From Mobula hypostoma (Eukaryota): 64,000 nucleotides of DNA. The translations under genes were made by a program, and so were the position numbers. This document shows positions 22,367-35,229 of the stretch, piece by piece. Position 1 is the first letter of the stretch. Every line of letters begins with the position of its first letter. The notes beneath the pieces were generated by a model that worked only from the letters and a program-made list of their open reading frames with translations, made no database searches and was not told the origin of the DNA. The DNA is taken from positions 151,280,001-151,344,000 of the forward strand of contig NC_086100.1 in NCBI RefSeq assembly GCF_963921235.1, read 5' to 3'.

Positions 22367-22937
22367 TGTAATATACTGTGTATAGAGTTGACATGCATTC
22401 TCCATTGAGTTGGATTTATAGCTATGAAATACTTCAATAATATCTCAGTAATCTTGTATATAATCACTCTTGTCATTTAAATAATTAATTACAGGTTATA
22501 TGTATAAATACACTAATTGCATATATCATTATGATACCATGTGATACGTGCACGCCTCGCTTAAACTTGAACTAGACTCATATTCCCAGTCTTCCCTGTC
22601 TTCCCTTAAATTAGTTTAATGTTTTGAAGTTACAAAACATAACAGTAACTACCAATTAAACATCTGCTTAACTGCTTGTTCAGGACTAGTTTGGATCTGC
22701 TGCCTACTCAGAGATGTCTGGGAAGAGAGCAAACTGCGGTCCACTGGAAAATATGTCATTGAGAGATACACTCCCGGCTTTCCAAAACCAAAATCATTAA
22801 AAAGATTAAATAAAAATAACTTTTGTTGGCATCAGTTATGTGTTGTAACTTACAAAACATTAAATTAATTCAAAGAACACTCGGGGGTCCAAAATATAGG
22901 TCTAGCTTTGTCTTTACTTTTAAACGAGGCAAGCACC

Positions 22938-25900
22938 GTAAGACCTTAAGATGTAGGAGCAGAAGTAGGCCATTTGGCCCATTGAGTCTGCTCTGCAATT
23001 CAATCATGGGCTGATCCAATTCTTCTAGTCATCCCCATTCCCCTGCTTTCACCCCATACCCTTTGATGCCCTGGCTAATCAAGAATCTATCTATCTCTTC
23101 CTTAAATACACCCAATGACTTGGCCTCCACAGCCGCTCGTGGCAACAAATTCCACAGGTTTACCACCCTCTGACTAAAGTAATATCTCCGCATCTCTGTT
23201 CTAAACAGACGTCCTTCAATCCTGAACTCAAGCCTTCTTGTCCTAGAGTCCCCTACCATGGGAAATAACTTTGCCATATCTAATCTGTTAAGGCCTTTTA
23301 ACATTCAGAATGTTCCTATGAGATCCCCCCTCATTCTCCTGAACTCCAGGGAACGAAGCCCAGGAGCGGCCAGACATTCCTCATATGGTAACCCTTTCAT
23401 TCCTGGAATCATTCTCGTGAATCTTCTTTGAACCCTCTCCAATGTCAGTATATCCTTTTTAAAATAAGGAGCCCAAAACTGCACACAATACTCCAAGTGT
23501 GGTCTCACAAGTGCCTTACAGAGCCTCAAAATCACATCCCTGCTCTTATATTCAATACCTCTAGAAATGAATGCCAACATTGCATTTGCCTTCTTCACAA
23601 CCAACTCAACCTGCAGGTTAACCTTTAGGGTATAGAAACATAGAACAATAGAAACTACAGCACAGAAACAGGCCTTTTGGCCCTTCTTGGCTGTGCCGAA
23701 CCATTTTCTGCCGAGTCCCACTGACCTGCACACGGACCATATCCCTCCATACACCTCCCATCCATGTATCTGTCCAATTTATTCTTAAATGTTAAAAAAG
23801 AACCTGCATTTACCACTTTGTCTGGCAGCTCATTCCATACTCCCACTTCTCTCTGTGTGAAGAAGCCCCCCCTAATGCTCCCTTTAAACTTTTCCCCCCT
23901 CACCCTTAACCCATGTCCTCTGGTTTTTTTCTTCCCTTGCCTCAGTGGAAAAAGCCCGCTTGCATTCACTCTATCTATACCTATCATAATTTTATATACC
24001 TCTATCAAATTTCCCCTCATTCTTCTATGCTCCAGGGAATAAAGTCCTAACATATTCAACCTTTCTCTGTAACTGAGTTTCTCAAGTCCCGGCAACATCC
24101 TTGTAAACCTTCTCTGCACTCTTTCAACCTTATTTATATCCTTCCTGTAATTTGGTGACCAAAACTGAACACAATACTCCAGATTCAGCCTCACCAATGC
24201 CTTATACAACCTCATCATGACATTCCAGCTCTTATACTCAATACTTTGATTAATAAAGTCAATGTACCAAAAGCTCTCTTTACAACCCTATCTACCTGTG
24301 ACGACACTTTTAGGGAATTTTGTATCTGTATTCCCAGATCCCTCTGTTCCACTGCACCCCTCAGTGCCCTACCATTAACCCTGTATGTTCTACCTTGGCT
24401 AGTCCTTCCAACGTGCAATACCTCACACTTGTCTGTATTAATCTCCATCTGCCATTTTTCCAGCTGGTCCAAGTCCCTCTGCAGGCTCTGAAAATCTTCC
24501 TCACTGTCTACTACACCTCCAGTCTTTGTATCATCAGCAAATTTGCTGATCCAATTTACCACATTATCACCCAGATCATTGATATAGATGACAAATAACA
24601 ATGGACCCAGCACTGATCCCTGTGGCACACCACTAGTCACAGGCCTCCACTCGGAGAAGCAATTCTCTACTACCACTCTTTGGCTTCTTCCATTGAGCCA
24701 ATGTCTAATCCAATTTACCACCTCTCCATCTATACCTAGCGACTGAATTTTCCTAACTAACCTCCCATGCGGGACCTTGTCAAAGGCCTTACTGAAGTCC
24801 ATGTAGACAATATCCACTGCCTTCCCTTCATCCACTTTCCTGGTAACCTCCTCGAAAAACTCCAATAGATTGGTCAAACATGACCTACCACACACAAACC
24901 CATGTTGACTCTCCCTAATAAGTCCCTGTCTATCCAAATACTTGTAGATTCTGTCTCTTAGTACTCCCTCCAATAACTTACCTACTACCGACCTTAAACT
25001 TACTGGCCTATAATTTCCCGGATTACTTTTCAATCCCTTTTTAAACAACGGAACAACATGAGCCACTCTCCAATCCTCTGGCATCTCACCTGTAGACAGC
25101 GACATTTTAAATATTTCTGCCAGGGCCACTGCAATTTCAACACTAGTTTCCTTCAAGGTCCGAGGGAACACCCTGTCAGGTCCCGGGGATTTATCCACTT
25201 TAATTTTCCTCAAGACAGCAAGGACCTCCTCCTTTTCGATCTGTACAGTTTCCATGATCTCACTACTTGTTTCCCTTAATTCCATAGACTTCATGCCAGT
25301 TTCCTTAGTAAATACAGATGCAAAAAACCTATTTAAGATCTCCCCCATTTCCTTTGGTTCCGCACATAGCTGACCACTCTGATCTTCAAGAGGACCAATT
25401 TTATCCCTTACAATCCTTTTGCTCTTAATATACCTGTAAAAGCTCTTTGGATTATCCTTCACTTTGACTGCCAAGGCAACCTCATGTCTTCTTTTAGCCC
25501 TCCTGATTTCTTTCTTAAGTATTTTCTTGCACTTCTTATACTCCTCAAGCACCTGATTTACTCCCTGCTTCCTATACATGTCATACAACTCCCTCTTCTT
25601 CTTTATCAGAGTTGCAATATCCCTTGAGAACCAAGGTTCCTTATTCCTATTCACTTTGCCTTTAATCCTGACAGGAACATACAAATTCTGCACTCTCAAA
25701 ATTTCTCCTTTGAAGGCTTCCCACCTACCAAACACATCCTTGCCAGAGAACAACCTGTCCCAATCCACGTTTTTTAGATCATTTCTCATTTCTTCGAATT
25801 TGGCCTTCTTCCAGTTAAGAACCTCAACCCTAGGACCAGATCTATCCTTGTCCATGATCAAATTGAAACTAATGTTGTTATGATCACTGGAACCAAAGTG

Positions 25901-28119
25901 CTCCCCTACACAGACTTCTATCACTTGTCCGAACTCGTTTCCTAACAGGAGATCCAATATTGCATCCCCTCCAGTTGGTCCCTCTATATATTGATTTAGA
26001 AAACTTTCCTGAGCACATTTTACAAACTCTAAACCATCTAGACCCCTAACAGTATGGGAGACCCAATCAATATATGGAAAATTAAAATCCCCTACCACCA
26101 CAACTTTATGTTTCCTGCAGTTGCCTGCTATCTCTCTGCAGTTTTGCTCTTCCAATTCTCGTTGACTATTAGGTGGTCTGTAATACAATCCCACTAATGT
26201 GGCCATACCTTTCCTGTTTCTCAGCTCCACCCACAAGGACTCAGTAGACAAGCCCTCTAATCTGTCTGGCCTGAGCACTGCTGTAATATTTTCCCTAACA
26301 AGCAATGCCACTCCCCCACCTTTCATTCCTCTGCCTCGATCACATCTGAAACATCGGAACCCTGGAATATTAAGCTGCCAGTCCTGCCCCTCCCGTAGCC
26401 AAGTTTCACTAATCGCTACAACGTCATAATTCCATGTCTCAATCCACGCCCTCAACTCATCCGCCTTACCCACAATACTCCAAGCATTGAAATATATACA
26501 CCTCAGAATATTGCACAAGGACTCCCAAGTCTCTCTGCATCTTTCCATTTTGAATTCTCTCCCCATCTAAATAATAGTCTCCCTGTTTATTTCTTCCACC
26601 AAAGTGCATGACCATACATTTTCCAACATTGTATTTCATTTGCCATTTCTTTGTCCATTCCCCTAAACTATCTAAGTCTCTCTGTAGGCTCTCTGTTCCC
26701 TCAATACTACCACTCCTCCACCTATCTTTGTATCATTGGCAAATTTAGCCACAAATACATTAATACCGTAGTCCAAATCATTGACATACATCGTGAAAAG
26801 CAGCGGTCCCAACACCAACCCCTGTGGGTCTCCACTGGTTACCAGCAGCCAGCCAGAATAGGATCCCTTTATTCCCACTCTTTGTTTTCTGCCGACCAGC
26901 CAATGTTCCACCCATGCTAGTAACTTCCCTGTAATCCCACAGGTTCTTATCTTGCTAACCAGCCTCATGTATGGCACCTTATCAAAGGCCTTCTGAAAAT
27001 CCAAGTACATCACATCTACTGTATCTCCTTTGTCTACCCTGCTTGTAATTTCCTCAAAGAATTGCAGTAGGTTTGTCAGGCAGGATTTTCCTTTCAGGAA
27101 ACCATGCTGGCTTTAGCCTATCTAGACATGGGCCTCCAGGTACTCCGTAATCTCATCCCTAACAATTGATTCCAACAACTTCCCAACCACAGATGTCAGG
27201 CTAACAGGTCTATAGTTTCCTTTCTTCTGCCTCTCACCCTTCTTAAATAGCGGAGTAACATTTGCAATTTTCCAGTCATCCAGTACAATGCCAGAATTTA
27301 TCAATTCTTGAAAGATCTTTGTTAATGCCTATGCAATCTCTCCAGCTACTTCCTTCAGAACCCGAGGGTGCATTCCATCAGGTCCAGGAGATTTATCCAC
27401 CCTCAGACCATTAAGCTTCCTGAGCACCTTCTCAGTTGTAATTTTCACAGCACAAACTTCACTTCCCTGACACTCTTGAATGTCCAGTATACTGCAGATG
27501 TCTTCCACTGTGAAGACTGATGCAAAATACGCATTCAGTTCCTCTGCCATCTCTCATTACAATATCTCCAGCATCATTTTGTATTGGTCCTATATTTACC
27601 CTCAACTCTCTTTTACCCTTTTTATACTTAAAAAAGCTTTTAGTATCTTCTTTGATATTAGTCATAATTCATCTTTTCCTTCAGAATGACCTTTTTAATT
27701 AACTTCGGCAAGTTTTTAAAAGCTCACCAATCCTCTAACTTCCCACTACCTATGGCTTCCTTGTATGCCCTCTCTTTTGCTTTTACTTTGGCTCTGACTT
27801 CACTTGTCAGCCACGGTAGTGTCCTTCTTCTCTTTGAAAATTTCTTCTTATTTGGAATATATCTGTCTTGCACTTCCCTCATTTTTCACAGAAACTCTAG
27901 CCATTGCTGCTCTGCTGTCCTTCCTGCAAATGTCCCTTTCCAGTCAACCTCAGCCAGTTACCCTCTCATGCCATTGTAATTTCCTTAATTCCATTGAAAT
28001 ACCCACACATTGGATTTTAATTTTTCCCTCTTAAATTTCAACGTGAACTCGATCATATTGTGATCACTGTTCCCTAAGGGTTCCATAACTTTCTCTCTTA
28101 TCACCTCCGGATGATTACA
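22938..28119 (-). mobile_element. CR1 LINE (host copy), split by a second LINE
   Basis: ORF2 fragments 27459-27665, 27329-27550, 27122-27304, 26672-27013, 23305-23630 and 23029-23304; 3' UTR near 22940. Confidence 0.9.
23633..26508 (-). mobile_element. Near-intact CR1-clade LINE ORF2 (APE endonuclease + RT), one frameshift
   Basis: ORF 24215..26566 with ISETWL, GDFNFP, SDHN, PQGSVLGP and FADD, continuing in 23655..24218; short-repeat tail at 23633-23655. Confidence 0.93.
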
Positions 28120-28639
28120 CGTATTATGTGGTAACGTATTTTTACATATAACCGATAATGAGTTATTTAAATGACCAAGAATGCTTAATCAACCTATATA
28201 TACTGAAATATTATCAAAAAATTAAATACACAACAGAATATACAGGTTTTTACAGCAAATACTGAAAACTTGAGTATTCTCTGCTCAGCACCAACCAATT
28301 TTGAGAGAATTGAGGCACACAACAGTACATGGAAGGAACTTAATACCTTAAACAGGGATCCCTCAAATGTAATCTAAAATGGTAAAGGATATATTTCATA
28401 CCACCTTGAAACATTTTTTCAAAAGTAATTGTGACCTTTCGAAGATGTTGATTGTCTGTAGTCTCCCATTTAAGGTTTATTTGATTCAATTCTGAATACT
28501 GCTATCACTGATGAAACATTTATTGCCCATCCCTTATTGACATTTCCTAATTGCCCTTGAAATATATGGCCCACTGCTTCATTTCACAGGACAGTTAAGT
28601 CAACCGCATTGCTGCCAGTGGAGTCTCAAAGACCAGGCT

Positions 28640-29925
28640 CAAGTTTTAAGATTGTTTAAAGTCATTTCTTCAACATAATAAACACATAAGACAGTTTATA
28701 GTCATAGATTGATTGTATGTCCATAAAGTGATGCTAGGCACAGGAGTGTCTGTACATAAGTGACTCTGACAGGGAATGACGAAATAGTGACAGGGGTGTG
28801 GGTGTTAATGGGTGAATCTTACTGCTTGGGGAAAATAACTTTTTGAGTCTGGTGGTCCTGCTATTCATGCTATGTAGCCTCCTCCCTGATGGGAGTGGGA
28901 CAAACAGTCCATGAGCAGGGTGCGAGAGATTCTTTATGATGTTTTCTGGCACCATTCTGTATACAGGTATATGTCCTTGATGGCAGGTAGGCTGATGGTG
29001 TTAGTGCAAAGGAAATTTTGACTACCTGTTGTAGAGCCTTCCAGTCTGCCCCAAAGCAATTTCCATATCATACAGTCACACAGCATGTTAGGTTGCTCTC
29101 TACTGTGCATCTGCAGAAGGTCGCGAGTATAGATGTACATAGTCCAGCTCTCTTCAGCCCCCTCAAAAAGTAGAGGCTTTGGTGAGCTTTCCTAATTGTG
29201 CAGGTTGTGTTCGGGGACCATGAAAGTTTGTGTGAGATATGCACTCTCAGGAGTTTGAAACTGTTCTGTTTTCACAGATGTGCAGAGGGATATGGGTGGT
29301 GTGCATTCTTCTGAAGTTGATAACCATCTCCTTTGTCTTGTTGACCTTGAGAAAGAGGTTATTTGCCTGGTACCAGGCCTCAAGCTCTTCCACTTTCTCT
29401 CTGGAGGCTGTCTTGTTGTTGGTGGTGATGAGCCCACCACTGTCGTACCCTCAGCAAAGTTGACAATGTGATTTTGCTGTGCATTCATGTGCTCAGCAGA
29501 CAGCCCCAGGAGGTACCCAGGTTGCGGATAATGTTGAGGAAGGAGCAGTTGTGAATCTGATATTCTGTCTGTTGGTTAGGAAGTCCAATACCCAGCTGCA
29601 CAGCGGTGTATTTAGACTTAAGAGTAGGAGTTCTTTCACCAAGGTCTGTGGGACAATAGTGTTGAATGCGGCACTGATATCCAGAGACATCATTCTGACA
29701 TGTGTACTTTTTTTTTGGGTGTGTCATAGCTAGGTGCATGACAGAAGTTATGGCATCTGTTGTGGAGTAGTTCTCTTGTCAAATATATTTGTGAGTAACC
29801 AATGCAGCAGGAACAGTGTTTTTGGATATGTACCATTGTCAGCCATTTAAGGGCAATCAAGTGGTAGCTGTTTAGTTCTGAAGGTGTAGAATTCTTTGGC
29901 ACAGATTTGAAGCATGTGGGGATAG
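28640..29925 (-). mobile_element. Rex1/Babar-type LINE remnant
   Basis: DISAAFNTIVP...LCSWVLDFLTNRQ; HPAHGLFVPLPSGRR. Confidence 0.75.
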
Positions 29926-30064
29926 GACGATACTTTTCCTACTTTAAAATGACTTTGATATCAATCTAATTTCATATTTTTATATTCCAAATTTACTTAA
30001 TTAATTGCTTTAATTAAGTGTTTTGAGGTTGGTCATGGCCAGAATCAACTTGTGTCTAAGCAAA

Positions 30065-30525
30065 GACCTAGGCCCCCTGCAATTTGCCTATCATCACAAT
30101 CTCACTGGCTTTCCACACTGGACAATAGTAGTACCTACATTAGGCTGCTGTTTGTTGATTACAACTCAGTGTTCGATACCATCATTCCCTCTGTATTAAT
30201 CAACAAGCTCCAAAACGTGGGCCTCAGTACATCCCTCTACAACTGGATCCACACTGGCCAGTCTGTGCAGATGAGAAATAACATCTCCACGCTGACAATC
30301 AACATTGGAGCACCTCAAGATTGCGTGTTTAGCCCACTGCTCTACTCTCCCTACACCTGCAACTGTGCGGCTAGGTGCAGCCACAACAGTTGCAAATTTA
30401 TAAGTGCCATTTATAAATTTGATGACACAACTATTGTTGGTAGAATTTCAGATGACGTACACAGGAGATAGATCACCTGGCTGAGTGGTGTCCTAACAGT
30501 AACATTGCGCTCAATGTCAGTATAC
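30065..30525 (+). mobile_element. Rex1/Babar-type RT fragment
   Basis: YIRLLFVDYNSVFDTIIP...GAPQDCVFSPLLYS...KFDDTTIVG. Confidence 0.75.
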
Positions 30526-32474
30526 TGCTACCACAAAACAAATATCAAGACATATCCCACTGCTAGCAAACCTGATTCTGAATTTAAATTCTTTATTCCT
30601 GTGGTGTGATTTGAACACACTTCTGGATTATTAGTCTGGTAACATAGCCACTATACTATCATTTTCCCTGTCGTAAACTAGAGAACTTGTTTCTGTATAA
30701 TTACATTTACCATCCTTGTTATTCTATCCAATAGTAGTACTGCTAAGTTTTATTCAAGTTATGGAAAGGAAACTAATGTGAGCCTATCATAAATTAATAT
30801 TTAAAGATTATGGCTTACATGCATTTGAGCCTATTATTTGTCCAGCATTTAATACTATTTATCCCATATAAAACTGTAGTTCACAACTAGCTAAATGAGC
30901 AATTTACTTGTCCTCTTTTCAAAGAGGTGGCATACCACACATTCCAGGGGCTTGTGTATAATTCAAGGATTCACTGTTGATCCTCAAGTCTTGCTTTTGT
31001 TCATTCGGATATTAAATGAAGACACACAATGCAAGTGAGAATGTTACTTACACACAAAAAAAAGCAAAACCACAATACATACATTAAAACCTTCAGCATT
31101 CTGATTTACAATTAATAACCCCAAGAGCCCCTCTTTAATACCACACACATGGATGACTCAGAAAATTCACTTTGGTTTTAGAGAAAGCCACATTATTTTC
31201 ATTACGTGTTACTTTTTAACATTGGCTAACGTACACAAAATAAAATCCTGTAACTCTATCCATAGATCCACATGCTATACAGGCTTGTAATTTGAAAAAA
31301 AAGGATGCCACATAGAAAAGGGAAAAAAAGCCCAATATTCAGATGACTCAGTTATTGTGCAGATAGATGTATATCCTAGAGCTTTACAAAATTAGCTTAA
31401 AAGATTATAGCTTTTATTGGGTGCAAATAATTAAGGTATGCAGAGGCAATTCCTGGTTCTGTACCTTGAAGTAAAGTACAGATGTAATAGCAAGTTAGGC
31501 TACTAATCAAATGATGTTTATAATTTTGTACAGACCATTATACTGAAAAGACAAGAATTCGACATTTGTAACATATATTTAACACAAAGGGAGAAGGCTT
31601 GCAGTTAGAAGAAAATTTAAAAGTATGACTATTTTCCCCAAGAAATACTTTTTGCCCCTTTAAGAGATTATATGGTAAACCAATGCAGGAGTTAAATGAT
31701 TACGAGGGTATACAGACCATTTCTATAGCTGAGAGTATGCTAAAGACTAGATTTTTATAATTTCAGCTAAAGGTTTAAAAAAACTAGCTACAGTGTAGTT
31801 AAAATGTGACATTCCCTGCCACAAATCAATTATATATAAATTAAGTTCTTAAAATAGCATAGCAAGAAAGATGTAAAGATCATTGGCACTATTCTGATGT
31901 CACTTTCTGTAGCCCTGCTCTTTATATTCCCTGTCAATGTAGTTACATCTAATTTGTGATCAATTTTTTTTCTAACAGAACAAATAGCTGCACTGTGGGC
32001 TTTGAGTATTTTTGAGTTCAGTTCTGAAACTTTAGTATGATTCAATCACCCAACAAATTTTGCAACATATAAATTCCCACTTTTTCACTAGTTTCTCTCA
32101 GTGACAGTTCTTCACAATAATTCAATACTCCGCTCCAGTATTATGAGAACTGTACACAGTAACCCACCACCCATGTAAATGAATTAATGGTTTGGGAAAC
32201 CTTACAAGATCTGTCAATCTCACCAGGTTGCTTTTTGGATATACCAGAATTTTTGTATATTCTTCTATTGCTAGTCTGCTTGTTCTGTTACCTGTAATTC
32301 ACCAGCTCCATAATGCATTCAACTTAATAAGTTTGTTCTTACTTATACATTTTAAACAATTTCCCCAGAACGAACCATGAGAAATTTTTACTTAAACCCC
32401 TACCTCAACCTTGGGTAGTAAAACTTATGATTCTACACTATGCAACAAATGTGATGCTGATAAACAAATTACAT

Positions 32475-32810
32475 CTAAACTTTAATTACTTCATACAAAG
32501 TATCATTTAACAGCACACAATTTTGATGTGACAATATATCTCGTGTATTAAGTTCTTGTAATAGCTTCTTCATTCTTTGTAAACGTTGCTCTTGGCGGCG
32601 AGACTTTTGCTGTAAGAATTTCAGTTTCTTCTTCAATTTCTCATTTTGTTCCTCCAACTGCTGAATCTTCTTTTTCTGTAAGCATGCATCTCCAACACTG
32701 TAGCTATGATCGTAAACAGTTAAGAGTCCATGCGATTGATTCAGTTCCGACTCCTCTATAATTTCCTCTGTTGCATGATGTTGGTCACTCGGTAATGCCA
32801 TTTCTAACTT
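32475..32810 (-). CDS. THAP1: THAP1-like protein, exon 3 (HCF1-binding motif DHSY plus coiled coil)
   Basis: Acceptor ctttattgatag ends at 32811; phase 0. YDHSYSV...KKIQQLEEQNEKLKKKLK...RRQEQRL...YEVIKV parallels the THAP1 C-terminus. Stop TAG. Confidence 0.85.
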   Translation of the reverse strand, partial: KLEMALPSDQHHATEEIIEESELNQSHGLLTVYDHSYSVGDACLQKKKIQQLEEQNEKLKKKLKFLQQKSRRQEQRLQRMKKLLQELNTRDILSHQNCVLLNDTLYEVIKV

Positions 32811-33982
32811 CTATCAATAAAGATCAACAGATTAATAGTTCAAGATATATAATTTTGACATTCAGCAAATTAAAGCTGTAAACAAAGGTCAAGCATAAAA
32901 GCTACAAATAATTTATCAAATCCAACATTTGTAAAGTAAAAATGATTTTATTAAGATTTACTCAGAAAATATTGTAGATAATACAGCAAGTACTTTGACA
33001 AAAGAATGGAATGTGTTAAATTTATTTTAACAATAAATTTAAGGAGATAATTTATTTGATGGAAAACCAGAGATTTTGGATCTATTCAAACCTGAAGAAT
33101 TCCTGACTTGAAATATTAATTATTTCTCTTTCCACAAATGCTGCCTGAATTGCAGAGTTTTTGCGACAATTTCAATTGAAAAACAGATTTCTCCTTTTAG
33201 CTACATTAAATGCAATGAGTTAAATAAAATTAAACAAGATTTTACATTTAACAATAAACCGGAGAAGTCAGTGAATACCAGATCAATGTGAGGCCTTTAT
33301 TCAATAAAATGACCAAAAACAGATGTAATGACTAACCTCAGGATCAGAGTTTCAAAAACTTTTGTTTTCCTAATAAAAGCTTCAGTTCCCAGCATTCACA
33401 ACTCTTTATAGTAACCTGGACACAAAATATTCTTATTTCTCTGATAAGCTTCTGATTACTTGAGTGACAATTACAGAAACCAAACAGGTGATAAGGGAAT
33501 TTCCCTGATGGTGAAATAGCACATTTAAAATATTTATGAATTTTGAATTCCAAAAAAGTGTACTCTTGTATCAGATTCAGCTTGCTGTATCCTGCACCAG
33601 GATGATAATAGCAATAAGATGCTACAAAAATGAATATACTCGAGACTGCAGATGCTGGAATCTAGAGGAAAAAAAAAACAAACTTCTAGAGGATATCAGT
33701 GGGTCAGGCAACGTCCTTGTAGAAGAGGAAGAAGAATAATATGGCAACAGAGAGGAGAATTAAAATGGCTTGCAACCAGGAGCTCTAGATGGGTCATCGT
33801 AGAACGAGCACAGGTGTTTGGTAAAAAGGTCACCTACCCAACACTGTTTCCCCATGTCTGTTAAACCACCAACTCAACTAAGATAGTTATGTAATCTAGC
33901 AACTTTTTCAGCTGTTACATTTAATTAAGATTGAAATTGTTAGCATCTAAGCATTTCATTAGCTATAATTAGATCAGCTTTG

Positions 33983-34771
33983 GGCTATGTCCACACAAGA
34001 CCGGCTAAGTCTGTAACTGAAGCTTTTTCTCTTTGTTTTGACCCTCCGTCCACAATGAAACAGCGTTTTCCTCCCCTGAAAACAGAGCTTTTCTAAAACG
34101 CTCTCCAGAGTGTTTAAATCTGAAAACATCGGTTGGGCGTTGTAGTGTGTACGGGGTAACCGGAGGTTTTAAAAAACCTGTCGTCCCTTTATTCAGTGAA
34201 GAGACTATGGCTGTAGAAAATGTTTCCAGGGCGACCCCTCTGTGGATGTGGGGAAGATGTTGGTGGGGCCACCCGCGGGTCTGTGTGTCCATATGTGTAG
34301 CTACTGTAGTGGCTGTGAGGCTGGTATTGTGGCAGTGAAAAGTACTGGGGGGGGGGGCCATCATATTCTTCATCATTGCAAATCCCTCTGCAACAGCGTT
34401 AGTCAGTTTTTCAATGTTCGTCGTCAGCCAGGTCATACCGTCTGTGAACTCCCTGTCAGTTACCTCCTTACGCTCCAGTATTTTTTTTAGTTTTAAGTCC
34501 TCCTGCGCGAGAGCCAACAGCTGTCCATCGTTTGGCAATTTCCTTTTAAGTTTTTCTAGTCTGTAACTGGACAAACTCGCACCAAGTATAACGTTTCCTC
34601 TTCACTTGTTTTCTGTAGATGTGTCCTGCTTATACCCAGTAGGAGGAGATTCATCCAAATACCCATTTTACTGTGGACAGAGGTATTTTCAAAAACGCCT
34701 GGTGTGGACGCCTATTGTTTTTAAGCAAAAGTGGCGTTTTCAAAATTATCTGGTCTAGTGTGGACGTAGCC
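33983..34771 (-). mobile_element. Non-autonomous PIF/Harbinger DNA transposon with accessory-ORF remnant
   Basis: TIRs GGCTATGTCCACACAAGACCGG / GGCTACGTCCACACTAGACCAG; flanks TTG/TTA; ORF 34005..34574 with coiled-coil QLLALAQEDLKLKK. Confidence 0.7.
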
Positions 34772-35229
34772 TTAGTCTGTGAACACTAGTCTTGCATTAC
34801 AGTACTTTCCTCTTAGATACAAAATGCCTCAACATTGATTCATTATTGTTAGACTTACAATACCCAAGCAAGTAATAGTGAAACAAATTTCAACAAAATC
34901 TTATCTGGTCATCAACATTAGAGGAAAAAGTATATAACCCAAGCTGTTTCATTTGCAGGTTTACCTAAATATATAGAAATGGATGGTTACTTAAATGTAT
35001 TCAACCAATTAGCTTAAAGATGAACACGAGATACAGATCATAACGCACTTCGTCTCCTTGATCCAAATTAAAAATGAAACTGACAGATACCGCGAGTACC
35101 ATAATCATGTCATTACTGCTGTCCTGATAGTGACATGGGGGAAAAAAACTAATCACATGCCCACTTTTTAAAGGCACTTTTAGAAAAGATTTTAAAAGAG
35201 CACAGGACCTTTCAGTGGCCTTCAATCAT

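Larger units (their letters stand above)
18725..22643 (+). mobile_element. Decayed Ty3/Gypsy pol (RT, RNase H, integrase) with 3' LTR remnant
   Basis: ORFs DLAEAYLQ..INTHKGLY, LACDALPYG, DFAGPFMG...VDAATKWPEV...VSDNGPQF...NGLAERFVQ; LTR-like end ...AAACATAACA at 22643. Confidence 0.88.
22834..28235 (-). mobile_element. Solo LTR (about 22834-22937 plus 28120-28235) split by a CR1 insertion
   Basis: Both pieces are reverse-complement homologs of the LTR at about 22440-22643. Confidence 0.6.

Noticed and set aside
26509-26566. N-terminus of the 783-aa LINE ORF
   Set aside because: These first 19 or so codons come from the host CR1 across the insertion junction, so the start is chimeric.
34005-34574. 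Harbinger ORF as an extra THAP1-like coding exon after exon 2
   Set aside because: The candidate AG acceptors are phase 2 while exon 2 ends in phase 0; exon 2 to exon 3 already gives a complete protein.
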